A DNA stretch of 64,000 nucleotides from Candidatus Saccharimonadales bacterium. GTDB taxonomy: Bacteria > Patescibacteriota > Saccharimonadia > Saccharimonadales > EFPC-124. Within the stretch, counting starts at the first letter, position 1. Each line of letters opens with the position of its first letter. The stretch spans positions 14,300 through 78,299 of the forward strand of contig DATIBO010000006.1 of assembly GCA_035457485.1 (NCBI GenBank), given 5' to 3'. This document shows, piece by piece, positions 17,821-28,136 of this stretch. The translations under genes were made by a program, and so were the position numbers. A model generated the notes under the pieces. The model was not told where the DNA came from and searched no databases. It was given only the letters and a program-made list of their open reading frames with translations.

Positions 17821-18974
17821 GGACAATTGTTATCTGCAGAGTTCGCGGCATCGGCCACACGCATATTCTTGCAAATGTCGTCCGTGGTCTCGGCTGCAAA
17901 TTCAGGGAAACTGGTGATTGGGTTTAGCCTTACTCGAGCCTGCACCCGCCTAAAAACATCTTGTGACTTACCTGTAGAATCTATAAGCGGCTGCACTTCA
18001 TTCATTTCCACGCTAGAGTTAGTACTACTGTTGTGAAGTTGAACTCTAAAATGAGTCTTGCCGTAAATCGGCGTTACGCGCAAAGAGAAGTTGTTCGCAT
18101 TACTAGCAAGTCCGGCAGGCAGCTGTAAGGTTGCAGTACATAAATATGATCCGTAACTAGTAAACGTACTGCTGCATTGAACAAATGGACTTGGTGAGCT
18201 TTTAGAACTATCGAACTGATGACCTGAATCGGCGGTACCTAAGTCGATCACTGTTGCCGAACCACCACTAACGGGAGCAAGGAAGACTGACCTGCTCCTT
18301 GTGTCAAGATCTGACCTGTTAAAGCTTCCTGAGTTTGGATATCCTAGCAGCTGAACTCGCAAATATGCGGGGTAGCCAAGACTACTCCAACTGCTTGCTC
18401 CGGTTTGCGGCGGCAAAAGAGGTAGAGGAGCATTTGGCGCTAATGCATTTGGGCGACCATCTGCCTCATCACTAACTGTTTCGCTAAGTAAGTGCCAAGA
18501 AACCTTAATCTGATTAAAATCGCTCACTCCCCTTAGAGGGAAAACTTTACTCACATTAGCCGATGAACTATCAACATAATCCGGCGAATTAAGCTTTACA
18601 TTTAAGCAAGTGTACGACTGGTTAAGGTCGTTACTTGCAACGGCTTGACCAGTGATATTTAACTGTGTCCTAATCTGAGTTTTACTGGTTAAACTATCAC
18701 AGTTATTGGAGTCCGCCCCAAAGGCAGTCGCCAGCTCGGCTCTTACATCTGCTGGAGTTGCTGGATTATAGTAGGCCAATAAGGCGCGCTTGCCGTCCTC
18801 AATCCCCGATTCCGCAGCCGCTCTTGCGTTCGCGCTTAAATCGTTATCCACCGATTGCCTTTGCTCGGTTATCATGATTCGCAAAAAGCTAACCGTGATA
18901 ACTGTTACCAGCAGCATAAAAAATATTACGGTAAATAAAGATACGAAACCGGATTCTTTATTTGAGTAACTCAT
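17817..18974 (-). CDS. PilX-like pilus-associated protein (N-terminal PilX_N-type anchor)
   Basis: GFVSLFTVIFFMLLVTVITVSFLRIMITEQRQSVDNDLSANARAAAESGIEDG is typical of the PilX N-domain. It is the last gene of the minor pilin cluster. Confidence 0.65.
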   Translation of the reverse strand: MSYSNKESGFVSLFTVIFFMLLVTVITVSFLRIMITEQRQSVDNDLSANARAAAESGIEDGKRALLAYYNPATPADVRAELATAFGADSNNCDSLTSKTQIRTQLNITGQAVASNDLNQSYTCLNVKLNSPDYVDSSSANVSKVFPLRGVSDFNQIKVSWHLLSETVSDEADGRPNALAPNAPLPLLPPQTGASSWSSLGYPAYLRVQLLGYPNSGSFNRSDLDTRSRSVFLAPVSGGSATVIDLGTADSGHQFDSSKSSPSPFVQCSSTFTSYGSYLCTATLQLPAGLASNANNFSLRVTPIYGKTHFRVQLHNSSTNSSVEMNEVQPLIDSTGKSQDVFRRVQARVRLNPITSFPEFAAETTDDICKNMRVADAANSADNNCP

Positions 18975-19636
18975 TAATTTTGACCTCCCATAGATACAGT
19001 TGTACTAAAAGTAGACGTTGCGCAAAATTCTGAACCACCAACACCAGTGCAACGTACCCAAGTTGCTGGATTATTTGGATCAGGAGGAGCAGCCGGGAAC
19101 GGATCAAGCAAAGTAGGATTAGTTACATCCTCCTTTGTGGAAAGTTGCATTGTAATTGTAACTAAGTCAGTATTCGTATTTGGAACAACGCTCAGCATCT
19201 GTACCCAAACTCTATCTGTTAAAAGAGAGGTTGCATTAGCCGCTGGCACGTTTGGATAAACCCCAGAAGAAGCCGCGCACATGGCATTGCCCGGATCGTT
19301 CACGCGGGCCATTGTAACCGAAGGATTACCGACACTATCATATTTATTGGTTGTTGCACCTTGATAGTTCCAAACATAACTTACACTACCAAAACAGACT
19401 CTTCCGGCTGGAATAGCCGTAGTAACTACGTTACTCGATGACCTTGCAGCACGCGCCATGTCATCAACCGAATTCCTTGCGGTTTGATTGATCTCTTTAA
19501 CAGTTAGGCCTTTATTGTAAGTCCTCATAACCTGCACCACAGCCAGTACCGTAAACAAAATGATAAATCCAATAAATGCAATGGCTAGCATGAGCTCGAC
19601 TAATGTAAAACCAGATTGTTTACCGTGACGGGTCAT
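18974..19636 (-). CDS. Type IV minor pilin (prepilin N-terminal cleavage/methylation domain)
   Basis: KQSGFTLVELMLAIAFIGFIILF is a class III signal (G|FTLVE). Confidence 0.7.
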   Translation of the reverse strand: MTRHGKQSGFTLVELMLAIAFIGFIILFTVLAVVQVMRTYNKGLTVKEINQTARNSVDDMARAARSSSNVVTTAIPAGRVCFGSVSYVWNYQGATTNKYDSVGNPSVTMARVNDPGNAMCAASSGVYPNVPAANATSLLTDRVWVQMLSVVPNTNTDLVTITMQLSTKEDVTNPTLLDPFPAAPPDPNNPATWVRCTGVGGSEFCATSTFSTTVSMGGQN

Positions 19637-20162
19637 ATAGCCTCACAGACGTTACGCTACGTTGCTGCCCCGTTCCGGGTCCCTGCCAACAAGCTCGCAC
19701 AACAAAATCGACGTATGGCTGCAAATTACCGTTTGATTTTTGTGCTTCAATCCAGATACCTTGCCCAGGCGAAGGAACCGTTGTTGGCTGAGTATCATTA
19801 TAGAGCTGTGACTCAATTCTAGTGGATGTTTGTGTCATGTAAAAGTCGGTTCCGGGTTGGTTTTTGTCGCATGTTTCATCGTAGCTTATCGTTGCGCTTG
19901 CCGGTATACCTGACACGACTGCCTGCCAAGTTTGCCCGTTGTCACTTGTAGGGTCAACCGCGTAGTCGTCTCTTACCTTGCGCAACATCTCCACCTGGCC
20001 GTTTATTGTCAGGCGGACCTGCGAATGCTCAACGGCATTTTGACCAGCTGAAAGTCCGCGATTCATGATGGTAATAGATCCAACGATTACAGCTCCAAGT
20101 ATAATTATAGACAATAAGACTTCAATCAAAGTGTCGCCTGATTCCAAATTTCTACGATCCAT
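19620..20162 (-). CDS. Type IV minor pilin-like protein
   Basis: LESGDTLIEVLLSIIILGAVIV is a pilin-like N-terminus. The start is set at the internal ATG 20162, which overlaps the upstream gene by 11 nt. The alternative start is 20195. Confidence 0.55.
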   Translation of the reverse strand: MDRRNLESGDTLIEVLLSIIILGAVIVGSITIMNRGLSAGQNAVEHSQVRLTINGQVEMLRKVRDDYAVDPTSDNGQTWQAVVSGIPASATISYDETCDKNQPGTDFYMTQTSTRIESQLYNDTQPTTVPSPGQGIWIEAQKSNGNLQPYVDFVVRACWQGPGTGQQRSVTSVRLYDPSR

Positions 20163-20952
20163 TGCAATCCCCTGGTGCGACTTGATCAAACACAATTTGC
20201 GCCGCGTTTTGATTACTTACCATCCCGTTAACAACAAGTTTAGCTGGCTGACCTAGGTTGTCGGCATTCTGCAGGCAGTAGTTTGTAATTTTGCCAGCGT
20301 TAATGCTAGCGTTATTAACAATAGACGTCAGAGCAACTGTAGGAGTACTGGCCGGTTCTTTGTATGTATAGGTTAACATTCGCGTAGAGCTTGGGCTACG
20401 AATGATTGCTAATGCATTTGCAGCGATTGGAGAGGCGTCAGCCGTACTGACCCGCCTCACGCCAGATATGTATGCCTGCCACGGTATAGAATACTCCTCG
20501 GGGCCGATCGACGTTACAATTCGCGGTTGATAGGCCGCAATTAATTGCTCGTCGCTCATGCTAAAGTCCAAGTTACTCGGCTCAGTACCTACTATATTGT
20601 AGGTTTTAAGCTTGTAATCGCCCGTGGTAAACAAGATTAATTTACCCATGAAAAAACAGTTGCTCGTGCCTGGCTCTTGCGTGCCACTACTAAAGCTTCC
20701 GGCATTACAGATCTGCTGGTTGTCACGACTGTTAACCCCAGCCAAAACATTGTCATATTGTTTTTGAACGTATGCCTCTAGTGAGTTTCCACTATCAGTA
20801 AACCGTAAGTTGCGAATTGTGCCGCCCGTGGTTAAGACTGCTACTAAAAGAAGTAGCCCACTTATAGCTAAAAATAGGGTAACTTCGATAATGGTGTAAC
20901 CCTGCTGAAGCGCCCCTACCTCTGGGCGTGATATTGAACATCTTCCACTCAT
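20152..20952 (-). CDS. Type IV minor pilin-like protein
   Basis: ALQQGYTIIEVTLFLAISGLLLLVAV is a prepilin-type N-terminus. TATAAT (20961-20966) lies 8 nt upstream of the ATG. Confidence 0.65.
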   Translation of the reverse strand: MSGRCSISRPEVGALQQGYTIIEVTLFLAISGLLLLVAVLTTGGTIRNLRFTDSGNSLEAYVQKQYDNVLAGVNSRDNQQICNAGSFSSGTQEPGTSNCFFMGKLILFTTGDYKLKTYNIVGTEPSNLDFSMSDEQLIAAYQPRIVTSIGPEEYSIPWQAYISGVRRVSTADASPIAANALAIIRSPSSTRMLTYTYKEPASTPTVALTSIVNNASINAGKITNYCLQNADNLGQPAKLVVNGMVSNQNAAQIVFDQVAPGDCNGS

Positions 20953-20977
20953 TTAACCAAATTATAGCATAAGCAGA

Positions 20978-21781
20978 TTAAACGCCCACCAGCAAAAGTT
21001 CGTAAATATACCAATTCAAAATTATGTCGCCAAACAAGCCGGCAATAAAAAATGCAATTATTAAAAATGGACCAAATGGTATGCGACTTTTTCGATTTAA
21101 CTTGCCCAAGGCTAAACCCGGCACAACATATAAAAAGCCAATAACATTGGAAAACAATAATACCATGATGGCTTTTTGCCAGCCCAATACTGCTCCAATA
21201 AATATGCTGAGTTTTACATCGCCAAAGCCTACCCACTTACCTTTTGAAAAAAAGTATAACAATCCATAAAAACCGGCTATAGCCGTCACCCCAGACAAAA
21301 CATAAAAAATGTAGTTTGTACCCGGCATCAAACTTACGCGCAAGCCAGCATCAACTAACCCAAGAGTAATTAAAGGAAATACTAGTTTATCCGGCAACAA
21401 CATCCACCTTAGGTCGTAAACAAAAAGTGCGGTCAGCAAAACAAGATAAATTAGCCAAATTACAAACGACGCAACGGCCTGCCACTGATCAAACCCAAGC
21501 GGCCAAAAAAAGTATGACAAAACAAACAGAGCGCCCATACTAAGCTCAATGACTGGACTAACTGTGCTTATTTTTTTGCCACAGTACCTGCATTTGCCAC
21601 CAAGCGACAACCAGCTAATTACAGGCACGAGATCTTTTACCCCTAACTTGTGGTGGCAGCTTTCGCATTCGGAGCGGTCTGCTACAAAATCTTTTTTATT
21701 TTTTAGACGCCAGACAAGCGCGTCAACAAAACTACCCATAGCTAGCCCAACTAGCCCCAAGAAAATCGGCAATAAATCCAT
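20978..21781 (-). CDS. pilD: Prepilin peptidase (A24 family)
   Basis: CESCHHKLGVKDLVPVISWLSLGGKCRYCGKKIS is the zinc-finger region. The protein is polytopic, with GFGDVKL. Confidence 0.9.
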   Translation of the reverse strand: MDLLPIFLGLVGLAMGSFVDALVWRLKNKKDFVADRSECESCHHKLGVKDLVPVISWLSLGGKCRYCGKKISTVSPVIELSMGALFVLSYFFWPLGFDQWQAVASFVIWLIYLVLLTALFVYDLRWMLLPDKLVFPLITLGLVDAGLRVSLMPGTNYIFYVLSGVTAIAGFYGLLYFFSKGKWVGFGDVKLSIFIGAVLGWQKAIMVLLFSNVIGFLYVVPGLALGKLNRKSRIPFGPFLIIAFFIAGLFGDIILNWYIYELLLVGV

Positions 21782-21810
21782 ACTTTTAAGCTTATCAATT
21801 TCTGTCAGAT

Positions 21811-21840
21811 TTAAAAAGAACTCCCCGGAGGGAGTTCTTT
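21811..21840 (-). terminator. Rho-independent terminator after pilA
   Basis: Stem AAGAACTCC/GGAGTTCTT (21816-39). The minus strand is followed by a T run (A13-A17 on plus). Confidence 0.7.
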
Positions 21841-21844
21841 CATC

Positions 21845-22333
21845 TTATCGATTGTCTAAGCAGTAGAATCCACCTTGTTCTTGGTAAATTACTGCCGCTA
21901 TATTCCTGGAACCGGTACTGGTCTCGACTCCGTTGGTTCCGCCGCAACGTGAGTTCGTGTAAATCTTGATCTCACCTTGCTGAACAGTTACCGGTGAAGC
22001 CGGTGCTGCAGTGTTATATCCACCCGAGGCCGGCACACTGTAGGTTGCTCCACTTGAAGGATCAGAGAAATTAGCACTGTTAACCGTTAGGTAGTTGCTA
22101 ATCATTGTGTTCCAGGCGGTTGCGCTTGTTGGTAAATTACCCTGGTTATTACTTGAGTAAGACGTAACCTGGCTCATAAATCGACCAAGATCGTTCTTAC
22201 GCTGCGTATCGCGCTGGCCGCGCTGCAGTGCAGGCAATGCTAAAAATACTACCAAGAAAATAAGACCAGCGATCGCAAGTACAAGCACGACTTCGATGAT
22301 CGTAAATCCTTTACCGTTGTTTAACTTCTTCAT
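21845..22333 (-). CDS. pilA: Major type IV pilin
   Basis: MKKLNNGKGFTIIEVVLVLAIAGLIFLVVFLALPALQRGQRD is a class III signal. AAGGTGG Shine-Dalgarno precedes ATG 22333. The gene has its own terminator. Confidence 0.8.
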   Translation of the reverse strand: MKKLNNGKGFTIIEVVLVLAIAGLIFLVVFLALPALQRGQRDTQRKNDLGRFMSQVTSYSSNNQGNLPTSATAWNTMISNYLTVNSANFSDPSSGATYSVPASGGYNTAAPASPVTVQQGEIKIYTNSRCGGTNGVETSTGSRNIAAVIYQEQGGFYCLDNR

Positions 22334-22420
22334 TGTTGTGGATCCCACCTTTCTTAAGTTGGTTCAAAAACGCTTATGTTTAGATTATATACAAACCTGC
22401 CGCAGCTATGCAATACATTT

Positions 22421-23635
22421 TTAACTACCCGGCAGATTGCCTATCAAGCCGTAAACCGGCAACAAGATGGCCAGAACCATAATCCCAGCCACAGCTGCAA
22501 GTACCACCATTAACACCGGTTCGATTGCAGTTGAGATCGAGCGCACAGCCGCATCAACCTCATTCTCGTAATATGTCGCAGCCTTACCCATCATTTTGTC
22601 TATTCCACCAGATTGCTCACCAATTCCTATCATTTGCGGGACAAGTGACAAAATATAAGGCTCGTTTTTAAGCGAAGAAGACAAAGATTTACCACCCTTA
22701 ACTTTCTCGGCGGCACGCATAATACTCTCGGCAATCGGGATATTATTGACGGCGCGCGCAGAAATTCGTAACATCTCTAGCATCTGTACCCCTGTAGACA
22801 TAAGTGTCTGACCTGTTCGCGTAAACCTCGCCATGTAAACCTTACGGAACAAATTACCAAATAGTGGTACGTTAAGCTTAAAGGTGTCTAGCCACTTGCG
22901 CCCAGCGTCGGTATCAAGGTAGCGTTTTGCAAAATAACCCGCCGCGATCAAAATTAAAATTAGCAACCACCAAAACTTAATCACAAAGTTTGACGCACCC
23001 ACCAAAATTGCAGTCACAAGAGGCAGCTCTTTATTCAGGTCTTCATAAAGTCGCTCAATCTGCGGAATAATTGTAAACAACATAAACGCAATAACACCCA
23101 TGATCACAACCAGCACGATTGCCGGATAAACCATTGCCCCCCTAACTTTACTCAAAAGTTCGGCTTCTTTTTCTTGCTGATCAGCGATACGCTCCAAGGC
23201 CTTATCCAAAGTTCCCGACGCTTCGCCTGCGGCGATTAACGCAATAAATACATCATTAAAAATCTCAGGATGCTTCGCAAAAGCATCAGCTAGAGTACTT
23301 CCGCCTTCGATGCTGGTGATGATATCATTCGTCACCGCAACAAGCCGTTTATTCTCGGTCTGATCTGCCAAGGTTCGCAAACTTTGTGCAAGCGGCAAAC
23401 CGGCGTTAATTAATGTGGCTAATTGTCGAGTAAAAATAACTCGATCTTTTGCACCTACGCGGTTAGTTAACCGTGCCCAGATATTACTCTTCCCTGTTTG
23501 TTCGGTTATCTGCAATGGCACAATTCCCTGCGCCATCAAAACTTTTGCAGCAGCGCGCTCGGACTCAGCCTGGACTGTGGAATGTATGACTTTATTAGTG
23601 GTGGTATCTCGCGCAGAATAATCAAAACTTAGCAT
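22421..23635 (-). CDS. pilC: Type IV pilus platform protein (GspF/PilC family)
   Basis: Two T2SSF repeats are present (FTRQLATLINAGLPLAQSL; FTRTGQTLMSTGVQMLEML), with 3 TM helices. Confidence 0.9.
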   Translation of the reverse strand: MLSFDYSARDTTTNKVIHSTVQAESERAAAKVLMAQGIVPLQITEQTGKSNIWARLTNRVGAKDRVIFTRQLATLINAGLPLAQSLRTLADQTENKRLVAVTNDIITSIEGGSTLADAFAKHPEIFNDVFIALIAAGEASGTLDKALERIADQQEKEAELLSKVRGAMVYPAIVLVVIMGVIAFMLFTIIPQIERLYEDLNKELPLVTAILVGASNFVIKFWWLLILILIAAGYFAKRYLDTDAGRKWLDTFKLNVPLFGNLFRKVYMARFTRTGQTLMSTGVQMLEMLRISARAVNNIPIAESIMRAAEKVKGGKSLSSSLKNEPYILSLVPQMIGIGEQSGGIDKMMGKAATYYENEVDAAVRSISTAIEPVLMVVLAAVAGIMVLAILLPVYGLIGNLPGS

Positions 23636-23636
23636 T

Positions 23637-24704
23637 TTAGCCTCTCATCATCCGGTCAAATTCCGAAACATCAACTGCAAAGTTTCGAGCTTCATCGTAA
23701 CTCACAGTACCCGACTGAACCATACCCGACAAAGTCTTGTCCATCGATTGCATTCCTATGTCACCGCCGGTCTGGATAACCGCGTCAAGTTGGTGACTCT
23801 TACCCTCGCGAATAATATTACGCACAGCTGGCGTTGCGATTAAAATTTCGGCCGCAGCCAATCGTCCGCCGCCGATTGCCGGCACTAAACGCTGAGAACA
23901 AATTGCTTGCAAAATGTTAGCTAGCTGGCTGCGAATCTGAGGTTGCTGGTGTGGCGGAAACACGTCAATCATACGATCGATTGACTGTGCCGCACTGTTC
24001 GTGTGCAAAGTTGCAAACACTAAGTGGCCAGTCTCTGCGATTGTGATTGCTGCGCTAATTGTCTCCAGGTCGCGCATCTCACCAATCAAAACTACATCCG
24101 GGTCCTGACGTAAACTGGAACGAAGAGCCGCGCTAAAGCTATATGTGTCGTAGTGCACCTCGCGTTGCACCACTAAAGAGCGTTTAGACTTATGCGTAAA
24201 CTCGATTGGATCTTCGATCGTAATAATGTGGTCGGCGCGATTAGTGTTAATTACGTCAACTAGGGCTGCCAAAGTTGTAGACTTACCCGATCCGGTTGGG
24301 CCAGTTACCAAAACCAAACCACGTGGGTAAGATGCAAAATTAGTTACAGTTCCTGGCAATCCAAGTTCCGAAATACTTTTAATTTCATTGGGGATCAAAC
24401 GGAGCGCCGCAGCCAAGTTGCCACGTTCATGAAATGCGTTAACGCGGAACCGACCTAAGTCGCCGAATGCAAAACTAAAGTCAAATTCTTTATCTTTTAG
24501 CAAAATTTGTTTTTGCTCTTCGTCTAAAATTGCAAAAATTAGGCTTTCAACCTTTTCTTCATCTAAAATTGGATAACCAGAAATAGGCGTTAGAGTTCCG
24601 TCTATCCTAAGCATTGGCGGCATACTAACCTGCAAATGCAAATCTGAAGCCCGTTTTTTTATAACTTCTTCCAGTAAAATCTCGATTTTTAGTTCTGCAG
24701 CCAT
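23637..24704 (-). CDS. pilT: Twitching-motility retraction ATPase
   Basis: About 355 aa, with GLVLVTGPTGSGKSTTLAALV, AAEILIATPAVRNIIREGK and the HLVFATLHTNSA His box. Confidence 0.9.
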   Translation of the reverse strand: MAAELKIEILLEEVIKKRASDLHLQVSMPPMLRIDGTLTPISGYPILDEEKVESLIFAILDEEQKQILLKDKEFDFSFAFGDLGRFRVNAFHERGNLAAALRLIPNEIKSISELGLPGTVTNFASYPRGLVLVTGPTGSGKSTTLAALVDVINTNRADHIITIEDPIEFTHKSKRSLVVQREVHYDTYSFSAALRSSLRQDPDVVLIGEMRDLETISAAITIAETGHLVFATLHTNSAAQSIDRMIDVFPPHQQPQIRSQLANILQAICSQRLVPAIGGGRLAAAEILIATPAVRNIIREGKSHQLDAVIQTGGDIGMQSMDKTLSGMVQSGTVSYDEARNFAVDVSEFDRMMRG

Positions 24705-24713
24705 GCTACCCCT

Positions 24714-26486
24714 TTATGCTATATTTGCCGCAACGCGATTAACTTCGCCTAGCGTGGTTAATCCGCTCAAAGCCTTGAGATACCCATCTTGTCGCATCGT
24801 AACCATGCCTTGTTCAACAGCCCTACGCTGAATGTCGCCGCTGGTTGCGCGTTTTATAATTAGATTTTGGATATCCTGATTGACATCCATAACCTCATAT
24901 AACCCCAAGCGACCCTTAAAGCCACCTGGCGTCTGAGGGCTATCTTTGCCCCTAACTAAAGTATAAGCTTTTTGGTTGGCAAGCGGCAAGTCTTTATAAC
25001 CTAAGTCGGCCGCAACTTTGGCTACTTCGTCTTTAGTTTTCGGCAACAGTCCATTTAGAGTTTCGTGAATGCTCATGGTCTCTAGTGATCCCGAAGTATA
25101 AGTTTCTTTTTCCTCTGTAACTCTGCGTACTAAACGCTGACCAATAATTACGTTAACTGTTGAAGCAATCAAGAATGGTTCAATTCCCATATCCAGCAAG
25201 CGGGGCAAAATTCCGGCGGCAGAGTTTGTGTGAAGTGTACTAAACACCAGGTGGCCCGTAAGTGCAGCTTGCACGGCTAGGTCAGCTGTTTCTTTGTCGC
25301 GAATCTCACCAACCATTACAACGTCTGGGTCTTGGCGCAAGATCGATCTTAAACCATTAGCAAAAGTTAGGCCCACTTCTGGATTAACCTGAATTTGGTT
25401 AACGCCATCCATTTTATATTCAACCGGATCTTCGAGAGTAACAATATTGACTTCATCACTTTTAATACTCTGGATAAGCGCATAAAGCGATGTGGTTTTT
25501 CCCGAGCCAGTCGGACCAGATGTCAAGACCATTCCGTTTGGCTTACGAATCCCCGATTCAATTCGGCGCAGCGCTCGCCCAGCAAAACCAAGTTCTTGCA
25601 ACCTAAAGTTGGTTCCACTTTTATCAAGCAAGCGAATAACTACCTGTTCGCCCCAAACTACCGGGCTGATCGCGATACGAAGATCGACGTCTTTGCCAAT
25701 CATTCTAATGGCAAATTGACCGTCTTGCGGTATACGATGCTCGTCGATTTTTAAGTTTGACAGAATTTTGATGCGTGATACTAGTGCGGGTTCAATGCTT
25801 TTTGGCAGCTTCATTATTTCGCGTAACACACCATCGATTCGAGCTCGGATTTTAAGCGAATTTTCAAGAGGCTCGATATGTATATCAGATGCGCGGGCCC
25901 TGACCGCATACTCCAAAATCGTGCTGAGCGCACGGCTAATCGGTGAATCTTGCACCAAATCGCGAATATTTGCGCTCGCAACTTTAGCTCCCTCTTCTTC
26001 TGTTTTTGCGGTCTCAATTGCGGCACTTACGCCAGCTTCTAGGTTGGTTTTGTACTGATCTAAGACGTGGCGCACACCAGCCTCAGAGGCCATGTATACC
26101 TTAATCGGTCGGCCAATTTTGTTGGCAAGGTAGTCGACTGCCTGTACATTATTGGCATCAATCATCGCCACACCTACACGCTTTTGCACATCACCAAGCG
26201 GCACCGCCATAAAATGCTCAGCGACATCGCGTGGCAATAGATCAAGAACTCGGGTTTCAATCTGTGCGTCCGATAAGTCAACATACGGCACTCCCGAAAT
26301 CTCAGCCATAAGCTTAGTCAGCTGCTCGTCGTTAACTTTTTTAGTTTCAAGTAAAAGTGCTACAAATGGCTTCCCTAATTTAGCTGCTTGCTTACGCAAA
26401 CTTACCAGTTCATCACTAGTCAAAAACTTTTCACTAACTAGTAGCGATTCGAGTTTCTTTTGATTTTCTTCGGTTAAAATACTCAA
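24714..26486 (-). CDS. pilB: Type IV pilus assembly (extension) ATPase, GspE/PilB family
   Basis: An N-terminal T2SSE_N domain is present, with Walker A TSGPTGSGKTTSLYA and GHLVFSTLHTNSAAG. Confidence 0.9.
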   Translation of the reverse strand: MSILTEENQKKLESLLVSEKFLTSDELVSLRKQAAKLGKPFVALLLETKKVNDEQLTKLMAEISGVPYVDLSDAQIETRVLDLLPRDVAEHFMAVPLGDVQKRVGVAMIDANNVQAVDYLANKIGRPIKVYMASEAGVRHVLDQYKTNLEAGVSAAIETAKTEEEGAKVASANIRDLVQDSPISRALSTILEYAVRARASDIHIEPLENSLKIRARIDGVLREIMKLPKSIEPALVSRIKILSNLKIDEHRIPQDGQFAIRMIGKDVDLRIAISPVVWGEQVVIRLLDKSGTNFRLQELGFAGRALRRIESGIRKPNGMVLTSGPTGSGKTTSLYALIQSIKSDEVNIVTLEDPVEYKMDGVNQIQVNPEVGLTFANGLRSILRQDPDVVMVGEIRDKETADLAVQAALTGHLVFSTLHTNSAAGILPRLLDMGIEPFLIASTVNVIIGQRLVRRVTEEKETYTSGSLETMSIHETLNGLLPKTKDEVAKVAADLGYKDLPLANQKAYTLVRGKDSPQTPGGFKGRLGLYEVMDVNQDIQNLIIKRATSGDIQRRAVEQGMVTMRQDGYLKALSGLTTLGEVNRVAANIA

Positions 26487-26497
26487 AGTCGGTCCCC

Positions 26498-26743
26498 TTA
26501 TTGGCCGCTAAATGGCTGCTGATTGGATGGACTTCCGATTTGAATAACCACAGTTGGGTTAATTGCATTTGAGTTAAATATACGAGGTGAGGGCTCGACA
26601 ATTGATGCAGAGATTGGCTCTACAGATTCAACTTTAGTCTCTTGATCGTCTGGTGACCCGAATAAACCTTTTACCAGTAAGTAAGAAATAACCAAGGTTA
26701 TCGATGCAATTAGAATTAAAATTGCGATATCATTCTTTTTCAT
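26498..26743 (-). CDS. Small single-pass membrane protein in the pil operon (function unknown)
   Basis: 81 aa with one N-terminal TM helix. It overlaps the upstream gene by 4 nt. Confidence 0.5.
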   Translation of the reverse strand: MKKNDIAILILIASITLVISYLLVKGLFGSPDDQETKVESVEPISASIVEPSPRIFNSNAINPTVVIQIGSPSNQQPFSGQ

Positions 26744-27414
26744 TTTATAACCTCCTCGCCTACGGTGACGGTTTTGGGCGGCTGATAGTACGTTACTGCC
26801 TCTATATTTGCGCGAAGATCCGCATCCGTTCCAGTCAAGCTCATGCTTGTAATCTTGATCGGGCGAATAGTTTTTTCTATATCCAAAATTGCATTCTGCA
26901 CCTGGCTATATTCACCTGATATCACAAAGCTGAAAGCCATCTCTTGCGGTGTACTTGGGATTTGCTCAGCTTCTGTTGCATCCTGAGGCACTATTATGTT
27001 TTCGATCGCCACACCAGATCGTCCTAAAATAATCTGCTGCAAAGATGTTCCTAAAGCGGCTGGGTCAAAAGTTGTTGGCAATGCATCCAGAACACTCTTT
27101 GTGTTTGGGTCGTTAGGGTTAGTTTTTACAGAAGCCAAAGCCTGGTTAGCAACGAGCGCATCCACCTCATCGGTCAACCCGGTAATATTGCTAAGATTCG
27201 AGCTAAGCGTTGCCGAAGCCTTACTTTTTGCCGCGATTACTTTGTTATTATGAACCCATCTTCCAAACAGATACTGCCCAGTTGCAACACACAAACTTAT
27301 CGAAACCGCAGCTGCGGCGATCCAAATAAACATTGTTCGGCCGGCAACCTCAATTTGTTGTCGTTTTTTTAGTCCAGTCAATCGCTGAGGCTCGGGCTTT
27401 GTGGGCTTTTCCAT
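26740..27414 (-). CDS. pilO: PilO-like bitopic pilus alignment protein
   Basis: The call rests on its position after pilN, a single TM helix (MFIWIAAAAVSISLCVATGQYLF), and a periplasmic-type C-terminal domain. Confidence 0.5.
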   Translation of the reverse strand: MEKPTKPEPQRLTGLKKRQQIEVAGRTMFIWIAAAAVSISLCVATGQYLFGRWVHNNKVIAAKSKASATLSSNLSNITGLTDEVDALVANQALASVKTNPNDPNTKSVLDALPTTFDPAALGTSLQQIILGRSGVAIENIIVPQDATEAEQIPSTPQEMAFSFVISGEYSQVQNAILDIEKTIRPIKITSMSLTGTDADLRANIEAVTYYQPPKTVTVGEEVIK

Positions 27415-28136
27415 TATTCTGCCTCCGTAGGAGTAGTGTTAAATAACTGATCTTGGGGAATAGGCGCACCTGTTACAGACTGAGTTGTGGTTATATTTGG
27501 AACAATTGCCTGCACATCGGTATTTTTTGCGTCGAATACTGGCGCGTTGTAAAAGGCCTTAATTGTAAACGAAACAACTGTTTGATTATTTGATTTCGCC
27601 AATCCGCTTGACTGTGTCATAACCTGACTAAACATACTTTCTTTGGTTAGATCGCCCTCGCCGTTTGGTTTAAATTCTACTTGAGCGTTTTTTAGAGTAT
27701 CGATAAATACGTTAAGTGCCTCGAAAGATCCAGTGGTTCCAGTAAATACAATTGAGCTTTCGCTTGCAGCAACCTGCACATTGCTCAAATTTACGTTATT
27801 AGGAGGGCTCGGGTTCAAAATGTTCAAAAAGCTAAACAGTCTAGAATAAACGCCCTTACTTGCATGTAGCGGATCGAGTGCTGCAAGTTGATTCTGTATC
27901 GTTAAATACTGGTCTACATCCGAAATTGACGATAGCTCCTCGGATTTATCGTTGATAGCGTTTGTGATTAGCGTAATTTGGAACTGCTGGCCAAAGTTAA
28001 CATAAAAGAATAACAATACGCTGATGCCCGCAGCAATTAAGGTAACTAAGATCGAACTTGTGATAACAAGGTGCTTAGTTTTTTGCGCGTTTATAAACTC
28101 TTTTTTTAGATCTGGCAACAGGTTTAGTTGAATCAT
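27414..28136 (-). CDS. pilN: PilN-like fimbrial assembly protein
   Basis: MIQLNLLPDLKKEFINAQK followed by a TM helix is the canonical PilN N-terminus. Confidence 0.7.
   Translation of the reverse strand: MIQLNLLPDLKKEFINAQKTKHLVITSSILVTLIAAGISVLLFFYVNFGQQFQITLITNAINDKSEELSSISDVDQYLTIQNQLAALDPLHASKGVYSRLFSFLNILNPSPPNNVNLSNVQVAASESSIVFTGTTGSFEALNVFIDTLKNAQVEFKPNGEGDLTKESMFSQVMTQSSGLAKSNNQTVVSFTIKAFYNAPVFDAKNTDVQAIVPNITTTQSVTGAPIPQDQLFNTTPTEAE

Noticed and set aside
20949-21236. A 95-aa minus-strand ORF overlapping pilD in another frame, plus many 60-120 aa antisense ORFs inside thrS, pilB, pnp, polA, the 757-aa gene and others.
   Set aside because: All are embedded in longer ORFs that carry strong family signatures. 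They have no independent ribosome-binding site or promoter, and their composition is typical of off-frame translation.
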